This document shows positions 11,941 through 23,790 of a stretch of 64,000 bases of DNA, piece after piece. A program made the position numbers and the translations under genes. The stretch comes from Mobula hypostoma (Eukaryota), in the NCBI RefSeq assembly GCF_963921235.1, contig NC_086097.1:239384001-239448000 (forward strand), given 5' to 3'. A model generated the notes under the pieces. That model was not told where the DNA came from. It saw nothing but the letters and a program-made list of their open reading frames with translations, and searched no databases. Position 1 is the stretch's first letter. The number at the start of each line of letters is the position of its first letter.

Positions 11941-13404
11941 CAGTGGATTCTGGTTAATAGGGACACATCAGGGCCAGTACTTTTTGCTCCAATTAAGAGG
12001 ATGGCACAATTAGTCAAAATTTCTTGGAAATATTTCAAATAGGTAAAAATGTATAAAAAAGACAAACTACCATTTAACTGAGTAAAAAAATATTTAAATA
12101 AAATACCAAACAAATTAAAACACTAACAATATTACTGTAGTACTATAAAACTGTAGTTCCTTTCTTTCTTTATTAATCTTTTTATGGATTTAAAAAAAAG
12201 CATATATACAGTCAAGAGGAGAATTAGTTCAAATATATATATCAGTAACAATACAAACCAAGATTAAGATAAATGTAGTCAAAATCATAGATATTGTTAA
12301 ACTAATATAAAATATATAATAATAAAAAATGAAAATAACAATTCTCCTCTTACAAGTTTATGAAGAGAAAAGGAAAAACATTGGGTTTTAAATGAAAAGA
12401 AAAAAAACACTACACTATAATAAAACAAAAATAAAGAGACTGGGCAGTCCATTTTGAGGATACGACAAAAAAAAAGAAAGAAGTACTTTCTGATCAAATC
12501 TAAAACTTCGAAAAAACTGATTGAAAACGTAATAAATCAAATTAAGTGAAAATATCGGATAAAAGGTCGCCATATTTGCTCAAATTTAAAGGGTGTATCA
12601 AATGTCAAACTTCTTATTTTCTCTAAATTTAAACAGGACATAATGGAGGAGAGCCAGTAAAAGACCATAGGTGGATTAAAATCCTTCCACTTCAATAAAA
12701 TGGCTCTCCCAGCCAATAAGGTCGAAAAGGCTATCATACGTTGAGCAGAAGCAAGAATATTTCCTGCTTCCAATGGGATAATCCCAATAATTGCCATAAG
12801 CAAATGAGGTTGTATATCCAGATCCAAAACTCTTGATAGTGTTTTTAAAAATGTAGTGTCGTTCCTAATAGTTATTGGTGGAAGAATTCATTCAGTGCAC
12901 TCTGCCATGTTTTTTTGATTGACTGTAAATGAACAAAATTAACACAAACACTTGGTGCAGATAATGGACTAGCTTCATACATTGCTCTCGACGATTGTAT
13001 CCTCCAAGTCTTCACGTTCATCGTAACAATCAAAATGATTGCCAATACCATCAAATTCTTCAAAGCTCCTAATTTGTAGAAGTAGCGAAATCATTTTATG
13101 TTCACTCCCAGCCATTTGTGGCATCTCGAAGCCTCAGTCCTTGAAACCACAGTAAGCAAAAGAGTTTTGAATTGTCTTTCTGCTTATTCTTCAACATCTA
13201 TCAGTGACAAAAGGTATAGCTTATTGAACACAAGCATATGCAACTAGCGCTATTTGAAAACTATTTGCTCTAAGTATGGTGTTATGTCTAATGGCCACAC
13301 AAATGCACGTGACTGACGCTAATTAGAAACTTTGGCAACATTCTCCTCTCCCAGCTAAGCAGCTGCCTCAATGAACTAATGGTCCAATTAACCAGGATCC
13401 ACTG
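11941..13404. mobile_element. Non-autonomous Tc1/mariner (Tigger/pogo-like) DNA transposon
   Basis: TIRs cagtggattctggttaatagg and ccaattaaccaggatccactg; TA on the left flank. Confidence 0.8.
12162..12860 (-). mobile_element. L1-clade LINE 3' end nested in the Tigger-like element
   Basis: ORF 12537-12827 (RAILLKWKD.NPP..W..LEKIR..KFEQIWRPFI); A-rich tail; gttcct on both flanks. Confidence 0.8.
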
Positions 13405-14184
13405 ACTTGGCCTCAACAGTCATCTGTGACAATAAATTCCACAGAATTTCTTTCCTCTGGCTAAAGAAATTCCTCCTCAACTCTTCTCTAAAGAGATATG
13501 CTACTCTGAGGTTATATCTCCTCCACAATAGGAAACATCCTCTCCACCTCCACTCTGTCTAGGCCTTTCAAGTTTTAGTCGCTTTCAATAAGATCCCCCT
13601 CATTCTTTTAAACTCCAGCAAATACAGGCACTGAACCATCAAAAGCTCCTCATATGTTAATCCTTTCATTCCTGGGATCATATGCATGAACCTCCTCTGG
13701 ACCCTCTCCAATGCCAGTACATCTTTGCTCAAAATGCTCACAATACTCCATGCAGTCTGACCAATGCTTTTTGAAGACTTAGCATCACATCCTTGCCCTT
13801 ATATTCTAGTCCTCTTGAAAGGAATGATAACATTGCATTTGCCTTCTTTACCACTGACTCATCCTACAAGTTAACCTTTAAGGAACCCTGGTCAAGGACT
13901 CCCAAGTCCCTTTGCATCTCTGATTTCTGAATTTGTTCCTCATTTTGAAAATAGTCCATGAGTTAGTTCTTCTACTTAAGTGCATGACCATACATTTCCC
14001 TCCACTGTATTCCATCTGCCACTTCTTTGTCCATTCTCCTAATCTGTCTAAATCTTCTTTGTATAGAAGTCTATGAAGTTGGGTTGAAATTCACAAACTT
14101 TTAGCCTTAGGGAAGGAGTGTTGTTCACTGATCCAGGAGGGATTCCATAGCCACAAGGCATCAATTAAAGAGATCAGCTTCATT

Positions 14185-15120
14185 TCAGAATCAGAATCAG
14201 GTTTAATATATTACTGGCAAACAGAATGTTGAGAAATTTGTTATTTTGCGGCAGCATTACATTGGAAAATAAATTAAAAATACTATAAATTACAATAGTA
14301 AGTATATAGTAAAGTATTTAATTAAGTAGTGAGTATTAAGTAGTATTATGTCAACAAAATAGAGAGATTACAGAGAAGATTTATGAGAATGTTACCTGGG
14401 TTTCATTACCTAAATTACAGAGAAAGGTTGAACAAGCTGGCTCTTTATTCTTTGGAACGTAGAAAGTTGAGGGGGGACTTGATAGAGGTGTTTAAAATTA
14501 TGAGAGGGATAGATAGAGTTGACATGGATAGGTTTTTTCCATTGAGAGTGGGGGACATTCAAACAAGAGGACATGAGTTGAGAGTTAAAGGGCAAAAGTT
14601 TAGAGGTAACGTGAGGGGGAACTTCTTTACTCAGAGAGTGGTAGCTGTGTGGAACGAGCTTCCAGCAGAAGTGGTTGAGACAGGTTCGATGTTGTCGTCT
14701 GAAGTTAAGTTGGACAGCTATGTGGACAGGAAAGGAATGGAGGGTTATGGGCTGAGTGCAGGTCAGTGGGACTAGGTAAGAGTAAGAGTTTGGCATGGAT
14801 TGGAAGGGCCGTGATGGCCTGTTTCTGTGCTGTAATTGTAATATGGTTATATGGCTAAAGTGCAATAATGTGGAGAAAAATACTGAGGACGTGTTTATGG
14901 GTTCATTGTCCATTCTGAAATCTGATGGCAGAGGGGAAGAAGCTGATCCTGATATGTTGAGTGTGTGTCTTCAGGCTCCTGTACATCCTCCCTGATGGGA
15001 GCAATGATAAGAGGGCATGTCCTGGTGGGGGTCTTTAATGATGGATGATGCTTTAATGAGGCATTGCCTTTTGAAGATGTCCTGGATGCTTGGAAGGGTA
15101 GTGCCTATGATGGAGCTGGC
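14185..15120 (-). mobile_element. Rex1-type 3' fragment split by CR1
   Basis: tcagaatcagaatcagg tail at 14185; family block at 14890-15120. Confidence 0.65.
14360..14850 (+). mobile_element. CR1 3' end
   Basis: ORF 14383-14775 (YRERLNKLALYSLERRKLRGDLIEVFKI..TRGH..FFTQRVV..WNELP). Confidence 0.92.
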
Positions 15121-15224
15121 TGTTTGTGTCGTCCATTTTATACATGTACTTCAAAATATAAAGTAAAATGTGCAATTTTTCATTGCTATCACTTGTATTT
15201 TCAACTTCATGTGTGTATATGAAA

Positions 15225-15780
15225 CTTACTTACTGCCCGTTATGCCTGCTAGCATTTAGAGCTGCAATGAAGGTCCTCCACCCGTCTGTCTGTCCTTGGC
15301 CATCATACTGTCGTGCACAGGTATAGAAGGAATTTTCATTGCTTATAAACTCCTCTCGGGCTTCCAGTCAGATACAGGTATCGATTATGAACAAAGTTTT
15401 GATGACAAATTCCACCATCTTCATCAGGGGGTATGGTGGAGTTTGTCACCGAAACGTAGTTTAATTGCTACCTGTACCGGGCTGGAACCCTGAGAAGACT
15501 ATATTCATCACATATGCTTGGAAAGCACTAGATCTATTTTTCATTGCTGTTCCATTACAGCTTTGTTTGGCCAGTCAGAGTTTTTAATACTGAGCTGAAC
15601 CCTTGAACCTGGAGGACCAGTGGACCATTCTTAGTCTGGCCTCTACCCTTTAACTTGTTAGGCCTGGGTGACACTACCAAGAGACAAAGCATAAAGCCCT
15701 GATTCCAGCCAGCATAGCTCTCCAGATCGTTGAGGCACACAAACCTCCAAATCCAATGACAAGGCTTTGGTCCTCTTGGC
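15225..15780 (-). mobile_element. Short non-autonomous RTE-related element (5' UTR-like part joined to 3' end)
   Basis: (TAAG)n tail (cttacttact at 15225); RTE 5' UTR-like segment at 15550-15780; no RT in between. Confidence 0.5.
15344..15537. mobile_element. Fold-back PLE-type element, second family, with hammerhead motif
   Basis: 11-bp TSD ttttcattgct (15333-15343, 15538-15548); inverted arms; minus-strand CUGAUGA-AGAUGGUGGAAUUUGUCAUC-AAAAC and + strand half ending GAAACGUA. Confidence 0.7.
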
Positions 15781-16450
15781 GGATGTGTGTGAAAATTCTT
15801 CCTAAAATTCCTTCTAAACTTCCTACTCCGTAGATTAAACCTATTGTCTCTGGTTTGGTGATACCTTTCTCTAAGGGATAATTCTCATGATATTTTCTAT
15901 CTCAATCACCCATAGTACCAGCAAAGATTGTGCTGGGCAGCTTTATAAGTGTCGCTAGGCTTCAAGCACCAACAAAGCATGCCCACAATGTATTAACCAT
16001 ACATCAATGGAATGTGGGAGGAAATCGGAGCACCCACAAGACACACATTTGGCTTTTAGGAGAGCGTACACATTCTTTACAGCTGCTTGTTGTAAAACGT
16101 TCTGCTAATGTTCTGCTAACTGTGCCATCCCCATGGCAAATAAAATTATGATTTTAAGAAAAGGGCAGGGAAGAAGATTAGAAGAAATTCATTTCACCAA
16201 CATTACAAAGTTTCAAAAGTGGTGAAAGTGAATTCAGCAAAACTTCTATAAGGCACTGGATATATAAAAGTGAATATCTTCAAGGTTATAGGGAAAATGA
16301 GACTAATTTATAGCTCTTTAAAGAGGCTGTCACAGGTTAAGTAATGTTGTCCCATGGTGTATGCTGCTATATTTTATGAGCAAATGCCAAAAAGCAACTT
16401 GCTAATTGATGGTGGTACAGCCTGTACTAAAGCTGAAACTGTGCAGAAGA

Positions 16451-16771
16451 AACACACACACACACATACAATGCTGGAGGAACTCAGCAGGTCAGACAGC
16501 ATCTGTGGAGGGGAATAAACAGTTGATGTTTGGGCTGAGACCCTTCATCAGGACTGGAAAGGTAAAGGTTAGAAATCAGAGGCAGAATCAGCTGCTAGCT
16601 TATACACCTCCCCTTCCCCCAAACTTCTTTTTCTGGTTTCTGCTCCCTTCCTTTCCAGTCCTGATGAAAGATCTCAGCCCAAAGTGTCCATAGATACTGC
16701 CAATCCTGCTGAGTTCCACCTGCATTTTGTGTACGTTGCCCAAGATATCCAGCATCAGCAGAATATCTTGT
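16451..16771. mobile_element. Penelope-derived fold-back element with two opposed, decayed hammerhead cores
   Basis: Arms about 16460-16590 and 16625-16735 are reverse complements; cores at 16520-16556 (-) and 16656-16690 (+). Confidence 0.8.
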
Positions 16772-16842
16772 AACTGGACAGAAGTTTTGTTTCTGCCCAG
16801 TCTCTGAGCCTAACTTCTTATCTGATTGTTTATAGTCAGTAC

Positions 16843-17577
16843 AACATGGTGGCTTAGCGATTAGCATAACACCATCTCAGCACCCAGCTGCGAGATCAGG
16901 GTTCAATTTCTGCTGCTGTTTGCAAGAAGTTTATACGTTCTCCCCTTGGCCGTGTGGGTTTCCTCCAGGTGCTCCAATTTCTACCCATATTCCAGAGGCT
17001 TACAGGTTTGGGTTAGTGAGTTGTGTTTTTGTGTCAACATCAGAAGTATGGCAACACTCGCGCACTGCCCAGCACAATCCTTGCTGATTTGATTGGACAC
17101 AAATGACCCACGTCTGTCACGATGTCCACTGGCAATGTCGGAACACAAGTGCGAAGGAAAGACAAACTCCTAATATAAAAATGGGAACCAGAGTTTATTC
17201 ATAATAATTCCAACAGAGCAACAGTGGGGCAGCTGAGCAACACCACAAGACATTATATTCTCAAAACTAGGACACCACGATTAGCGCTAATAGGGTATCC
17301 ACTTGAATAGCACAAGTAACACGGAACTCCTATCAAAATAAACTGAATAACTTTATACATAAAACACCAGGAGGCTATATTACAAAGTGCAAACCGCTCA
17401 AAAAAACACAAGGAACACTACACGATTAATGACTCTTGTTAAACAATAATTAACCAATTCAGGTGCTCATAAAAACCTTAGAGCCCAATGCTCTCCGGCT
17501 CCCTGCATAGGCCCAAAGAGCTTGTTACAATTTCACTGTATATTCTGATGTACATGTGACAGATAAAGCTAATCTTT
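16843..17577 (+). mobile_element. V-SINE (HE1-like), near full length, interrupted by a solo LTR
   Basis: tRNA-like head (tggcttagcgatta; gggttcaatttc), V-domain at 16925-16995, tail resumes at 17530. Confidence 0.8.
17115..17529 (-). mobile_element. Solo LTR
   Basis: TGTCAC...GTTACA termini; degenerate 5-bp TSD acgtc/atttc; AATAAA on minus strand near 17195. Confidence 0.65.
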
Positions 17578-17817
17578 ACCTGATATATTGTCGGTATTTT
17601 GTTCCTAGTGGCAGTCAATGAATCATCAGGTTTTAACTCTTGTAACTACAGGTGCCAACGCAGGTCCCCCAGGGTTATTTTACTGGAGCACAACTCTTAA
17701 CAAATCCACAATCAGATTATTCAGAAGTCCCCATGGCTTGTCATCTGACTCACCAGGCTCACGAGATTCCCTTGAAATTCACCAGCTTCTCTTTCCCTCA
17801 CTTCTTTTAAACTTTAA

Positions 17818-18415
17818 AGAGTTGGAATGCTATGTTGAGGTTGTATAAGGCATTGGTGAGGCTGAATTTGGAGCATTGTGTGCAGTTTTGGTCACCAAAT
17901 TACAGGAAGGATATTAATAAGGTTGAAAGAGTGCAGAGAAGGTTTACAAGGATGTTGCCAGGACTTGAGAAACTCAGTTACAGAGAAAGGTTGAATAGGT
18001 TAGGACTTTATTCCCTGGAGCGTAGAAGAATGAGGGGAGATTTGATAGAGGTATATAAAATTATGATGGGTATAGAGAGAGTGAATGCAAGCAGGCTTTT
18101 TCCACTGAGGCTAGGGGAGAAAAAAAAACAGAGGACGTGGGTTTAGGGTGAAGGGGGAAAAGTTTAAAGGGAACATCGGGCGGGGGGGCTGCTTCGTCAC
18201 ACAGAGAGTGGTGGGAGTGTGGAATGAGCTTCCAGATGAAGTGGTAAATGCAGGCTCACTTTTAACATTTAAGAAAATCTTTGACAGGTACATGGTTGAG
18301 AGGTTTATGGAAAGATATGGTCCAAATGCAGGTCAGGCAGAAAAATGGTTCAGCACAGCCATGAAGGGCCAAAAGGCCTGTTTCTGTGCTGCAATGTTCT
18401 ATGGTTCTATGGTTC
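17818..18415 (+). mobile_element. CR1 3' portion
   Basis: ORFs 17832-18146 (LYKALVR..CVQFWSP..ERVQRRFTRM) and 18148-18501; ttctatggttctatgg tail. Confidence 0.92.
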
Positions 18416-19269
18416 CCAGTCTTTCAAACCCATCGTACCTTCTTATTCTGGCTTCTGTCCCCTTCTCTTCCATCCTGAAGAAGAGTCTCAGCCCAAAATA
18501 GGATGGAAAAGAAGACCATAGTCAGAAATAAAAGGAAGGAATCGAGAAGATTAAGCTCAGTGACCAGAAAATGATTGGTTCATTTTCTTTGATTCTATGT
18601 GTTCATATAACCATTACTGAACCTATAACTGTTTGGTTCCACAGTTTATGCTTTCTTCTTGAGTACCTATGCAATGCTGTTGTCTCAATCAAAATAAACA
18701 CTTGTCCATTATTCTGAGTGATTATGATAGCTCGTCCTGTGCTCGATACCAGCAATCTATTGGAAGTTCAGAAGTCATAACTCAATGTTGGAGACTGGAG
18801 ACACGAGGGGTGTCCTGAAGTTGGAGAACACTTCGTGGGAGGGAGAGTGCAGTGGAGGAAAGGGGTTAGCTTGTTACTTTTTGTGCTCTTTTTCACTGTG
18901 ATCTGTGTTGTTCTGCCAAGCATCATGGGCATCCTATGTTGGCACTGGAACTTGTGGCATCACGTGCAGGCTGTGCCCAGCACACCCTTGGGTGTGTTGG
19001 TTGTTAATGTTAAAGATATATTTCACTTTATTATTCCATTATGTGTGATAAATAAATGAATCTGAACCTGAATCTAAATTAAGGCACTTAACCCTTACAA
19101 TCAAAAGAAAAGGCTTTTCCTCATCTTTCTAAACAAAAATTGTGGTAATTTGAAAAAGCCTCTACTAACTCTCGGAACTATTTACTCCATTGTAAATAGC
19201 CATGGTATTCCACATCCTTCCTTAAAATAGAGATTGGCATTTGAGGTGTTAATTCAATTAATACTTATA

Positions 19270-19798
19270 CACTCAGTGTCCACTTTATTAGGTACACCTG
19301 TACACCTGCTGATCATGCAAATATCTAATCATCTAATCATGTGGCAGCAACACATTTCATAAAAACATACATGCTTGGTCAAGTGGTTCAGAGCAAACAT
19401 CAGAATAAGGAAGAAATGGGATTCTAAGTGACTTTTACCATGGAATGATTGTGGGTGCCAGATGGGGTGGTTTGAGTATGATCTCCTGGGACTTTCGCAC
19501 ACAAAAGTCTCCAGTGTTTACAGAGAATGTTGCAAAAACTGAAAACATCCAGATAGTGGCAGTTCTGCAGGCAAAAGTGCCTTGTTAATGAGAGAAAACA
19601 GAGGAGAATGGCCAGACTGGTTCAAGCTGACAGGAAGGCAACAGTAGCTCAAAGAAGCACACAGCATTACAACAGAACATCTCTGAATGCACTATACATC
19701 AAAGCATGGAACGGATGGGCTGGAGCAGTAGAAGGCCATGAAATACACTCAGTGTTCACTTTATTAGGTACAAGTGGTAATAAAGTGGCCTCTGAGTG
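19270..19798 (+). mobile_element. Internally deleted Tc1 element, copy 1
   Basis: TA then TIR cactcagtgtccactttattagg; right TIR taataaagtggcctctgagtg; decayed HTH (SDF..GMIVGAR.GGLS). Confidence 0.85.
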
Positions 19799-20006
19799 AA
19801 ATCCTATGGTCTTCAATGGACTTCTATAAATGAATCTAATGATCTGCAGTTAGAAATCAACCACTGCAGATCATTTTTTGCTGAAACTCTTAATTCATTC
19901 CTCGTTATACACCTGTTGCTCCCATTCTATAATGCAACATTTTCTCTAGCAATTTTTTCTGATTTTACTCATTTCCAACCACACTTAAAAGGAGTCTGGG
20001 TCATGC

Positions 20007-20755
20007 TGTTGGTTGTGTATTTAATATTTCAGTAATATTTTAAATATATTATTGATTAAGTAACCATTGCTTGTTTAAACAATTCACTACGGTTTATATG
20101 TAAAAGTATGGGGATGACTTACGTCATTACACCACCGCAACATTTGTGCATGCCTCGCTAAAAGTAAGAATGAAAGTAAGACACACACTCCTAGCTCTGT
20201 GTTTTATTTCAATTAATTTTATGTTTTGGATTTACAAAATATAACAGTGGTGATGAGGAATTATTAGAGCATACCTGTTGAAGGGCAGTGAGACATCTGA
20301 ATTTTTACAAAAAGAACAGCAAGAAAATGGTCGAGTAAAAAAAATCAGCACTGCATGTCCTTCTTTGGGAAGGGGTCGAGGAAGTAAAGTTTAAAAAAAA
20401 GGCAGAAAATAGACAAATTCATGGGTTCATAAACAATGAGTACTGGGAGATGATAATCATAAATTTAAAAAATGCAGAAGTGGCTGTCTACATCAGAAAG
20501 GTAGACACATTTGATTCTACAAGAGATAACTAGATGTTGTATACTGAGCGAATTGAGCAGTATTTTGAAGCAAATGAAGGAGCCAAAGAGAAGCGAGTGC
20601 CAGTTTTGCAGAGTACATTGAGAGGAAGAGTGTACAGTTTGCCAGTTTGCTTAGAAGTTTAACTGCTCCAGCCAAACCAGCAAAATGAGCTTTGCTGATA
20701 TTATGAATGTAATACAGGAACATCTAGAACTGAAAATATTGTTGATTCCAAACCA
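20007..20755 (+). mobile_element. Gypsy/Ty3 retrotransposon 5' remnant: LTR 20007-20246, PBS 20248-20259, gag N-terminus about 20473-20755
   Basis: TGTT...AACA LTR; PBS tggtgatgagga (decayed TGGCGACGAGGA); gag YTERIEQYFEANE..KRVPVL..LLRSLTAPAKP..SFADIMNVIQEHLE. Confidence 0.85.
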
Positions 20756-21779
20756 TTCATTCATTGATCATTACAGTATGGCTCTCTGGTTCTTCCCATT
20801 CTCTCCCCTTTCCCTTGTACTTTTCCCAACCTTGATTCACTTCTTTCTGCCCCCTTCCCACTCTCCGTCCCCAAAAGAGACCCATATCAGAATCAGGTTT
20901 ATTATCACTCACATATGACATGATTTTTTTTTGTGGCAGCAGTACAGTGTAATACGTACAATAACTGTATATGTGTGCCTAAGACTTTTATACAGTATGG
21001 TAAAAAGAAAAAAGGAGAAAACAGGTTGTGTGTGAGATTGTCAGATCTGTGACTCCCCTCCGACACTGTGGAGACTGGCTCGTACTATTTTGATTTCTGT
21101 ACTGTGCTGTACTTTGATGTCTACTACTGCTGACGTTTATTTTTCTTTCTGTATTGCATTTCTGCTAGTTCTAATAAAGTGTCTTCATGTGGCCTTAATC
21201 ATGTGTGCAGTGTTTCCTTTGTGAATACAAATATGAATGACCTGAGCTGAAAAGAACACATAACAAATTTTAAAAATATTTTTTGATACTTGTGCTCTGA
21301 AAAATAATCAGTTAGTATAATTTTAATAATGTAGTGATGATCAACATCAGGGAGAGAAGGCCAGAAAGATGTGGAACTGTGGTATAACAGGGAAAAGGAT
21401 TCATTTGATCATATTGAAGCCAACATTAAATGCTAAATCTTCCCACATCTGTTGACTTCAGTAAATTTAATGAACTCTAGAGAGCACCAAACACCTGTGG
21501 GATTGTAACGGCAGCAATGGAAATTAAACTGCAATTTCCCTGTAAGTGGCTGATATTTCCCCTAAACATAGCTGGTGGTAGAGCAAGTAGTCTAAAAACA
21601 GGAAATACGAGTAATTCTCAGGAGTTCAGACAGCATCCGTGGAAAGAGAAACAGAGTTATGCCCTCTAGTTTTTAGTTCCCCCCCCCACCCCCCGTGGAA
21701 AAAGAGGACTGTGTGCGTTCACCCTGTTTGTGCTCCTCATGAATTTATACACCTTCATAAGAGCACCATCAATCTTCGA

Positions 21780-22260
21780 TATAAGATCATAAGACCATTA
21801 GACACAGGAACAGAATTAGGCCATTCAAACCATTGAGTCTGTTCCACCATCCCTTCATGGCTGATTATTATCCCTCTCAACCCCCTTCTCCTGCCTTCTC
21901 CCCATAACCTTTGATTCCCTGACCAATCAAGAACTTATCAATGTCCACTTTAAATGTACCCAATGGCTTGACCTCCACAGATTCATCACCCTCTGGCACA
22001 AATTCCTCCTCATCTCTATTTTGCATAGGTGTTCCTCTCGTCCAGTGGTTCTCAACCCTTTTTTTTTCTGTCATGGACCAATGGCATTAAGGAAGGGGTC
22101 CATAAACCCCAGGTTCAGTCTAGTCTGAGGCCATGCCCTCTTGTCCTAGACTCACCCATTATAGGAAACATCCTCCCTAAATTCGCTTTATCCAGACCCT
22201 TTCAATATGTCATAGGTTTCAACAAGATTTCCACCCAGCCCATACACTCCAAGGAATAAG
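21780..22260 (-). mobile_element. CR1 3' end with small hAT-like insert at about 22044-22115
   Basis: ataagatcataagacc tail; insert begins cagtggttctcaacc, a hAT-Charlie-type terminus. Confidence 0.75.
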
Positions 22261-22315
22261 GTCCTAGCCATCAGCAGAGGGTCAAAACATGTGTGCAGTC
22301 CACTGCTCCTGCCTA

Positions 22316-22590
22316 GAGATAAAGAGATTAGCTTTATTCATCACATATACATCAAAGCATTGAAGCATACAGTGAAGTGCATCATTTGCATCAACAGCCA
22401 CCACCATCCAAGCACGTGCTGGGGACAGCCCTCAAGTCTTTTGGCGCCAATTTAGCCTGCCCTCAATTTACCCTAAACTGTACAGTTTTGGAATGTGGGA
22501 AGAAACTGGAGAACCCGGAGGAGATCAATACAGTTACAGGGAGAACACACAAACTGCTTACAGACAACATTGGGAAATGAACGCAGATCA
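22316..22590 (-). mobile_element. V-SINE (HE1-like)
   Basis: ttttggaatgtgggaagaaactggagaacccggagg..gggagaac is the reverse-complement V-domain. Confidence 0.75.
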
Positions 22591-23082
22591 TTGGATCAGT
22601 AGAGTTATGCTCTTCACTATGCATGCAGAACACAAATATCTGTGGTAGAAGTCCTAGCTGCATATAAGTTGCTCCTTACATTGGCAACTTAATTTTAGGA
22701 ATACACTTTCATTGATAAAAATAAAGCATTTGTTACACACTATTCACATAACTTTGTAAACAGTGTGCAGGGAGGAAACACTATTCAAATCATAAGATTG
22801 GTAACACATGTAAGCCATGGTATAAAACTTGTACTCTTATCTGCAATAGCCTGTCAGAATCAAGACAATCCAGGCAATGAAGGTGTGGCAGCAGTATAGT
22901 GGGGATGGAAGTTTGATACTGAACACAGGGAGGTAGACTGGCAACAGGAGAGAAGGGGCTGCTGGGACAATGGGATTGGGTGGGCACACTGCACAGTTGA
23001 TTTTCATTTGCAAAGTTTGTCTTCTTTTGCACATTGGTTGTGTATCAGTGTTTGTTTGTGTATGTTGTTTAGCAGATTCTAT

Positions 23083-23355
23083 TTAGAACAGTACAGCACA
23101 GGAACAGGCCCTTGGGCCCACAAGGTTGTGCCAAACTAATTAATTTAATAATCAAATGGCTAACTAAACTAACCTCCTCTGCCTACACAATAGGCATATC
23201 TTTTCATTCTCCTCACATTCATGTGCCTATCTAATGCTCCTTAAAAATCTGTAATGTTTCTACTTCTACTACCACAGGGAACACATTCCAGGCACCCACC
23301 ACTCTCTGTGTAAAAAGCTTACTCTGTATATCTCCTTTGAATTTACTACCTGTCA
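23083..23355 (-). mobile_element. CR1 3' end
   Basis: tagaacagtacagcacaggaacaggccct.. 3' UTR and C-terminal remnants. Confidence 0.7.
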
Positions 23356-23460
23356 TCCTAAGTGCAAGCCTAATGTATGCTTAACCAAAAAAATAATTTT
23401 TATTTTTATCCTGTATATGTCTGCAAGAAAATAAATTTCAAGGTAGTATATGATCATTTT

Positions 23461-23790
23461 TGGGTGGTGGGGTAGAGATATGTCTATACCGAAGGACCAA
23501 AGGCGTTGTAAGGTGCTCCTTCCCTCTGCTAGCCTGCAGGTCACCCTTCGGCGAGGCGTAGCACCTGCTTAGCTACCCCCAACCCTCCGTTCAGGCTCAC
23601 GTGACGCTTTGGCAGCAGATGGTGGTGGATGGTTGTATGAACAGCTGGTGCATATCACAAGTCCCGGCTATGTGACCACTGGTGCCAGGCAGACATTCTC
23701 TGAGGTCTATTGATAATAGCAGGGGTCACTATCTTGTAAAGACTCTGCCCAAAAGAAGACAATAGCGAAACACTCCTGTAGAAAAATTCT
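23461..23790 (+). mobile_element. RTE-related SINE-like element
   Basis: 3' part (ctgcccaaaagaagacaatagcgaaacactcctgtagaaaaatt) matches 10449-10495. Confidence 0.5.

Larger units (their letters stand above)
11783..14055 (-). mobile_element. CR1 LINE 3' portion, interrupted by a Tigger-like element
   Basis: ccataagtccataag tail at 11783; CR1 sequence resumes at 13405 (acttggcctc..aaattccacag). Confidence 0.85.

Noticed and set aside
21027..21265. Possible solo LTR (aataaa, ends aaca)
   Set aside because: 5' terminus and TSD could not be defined
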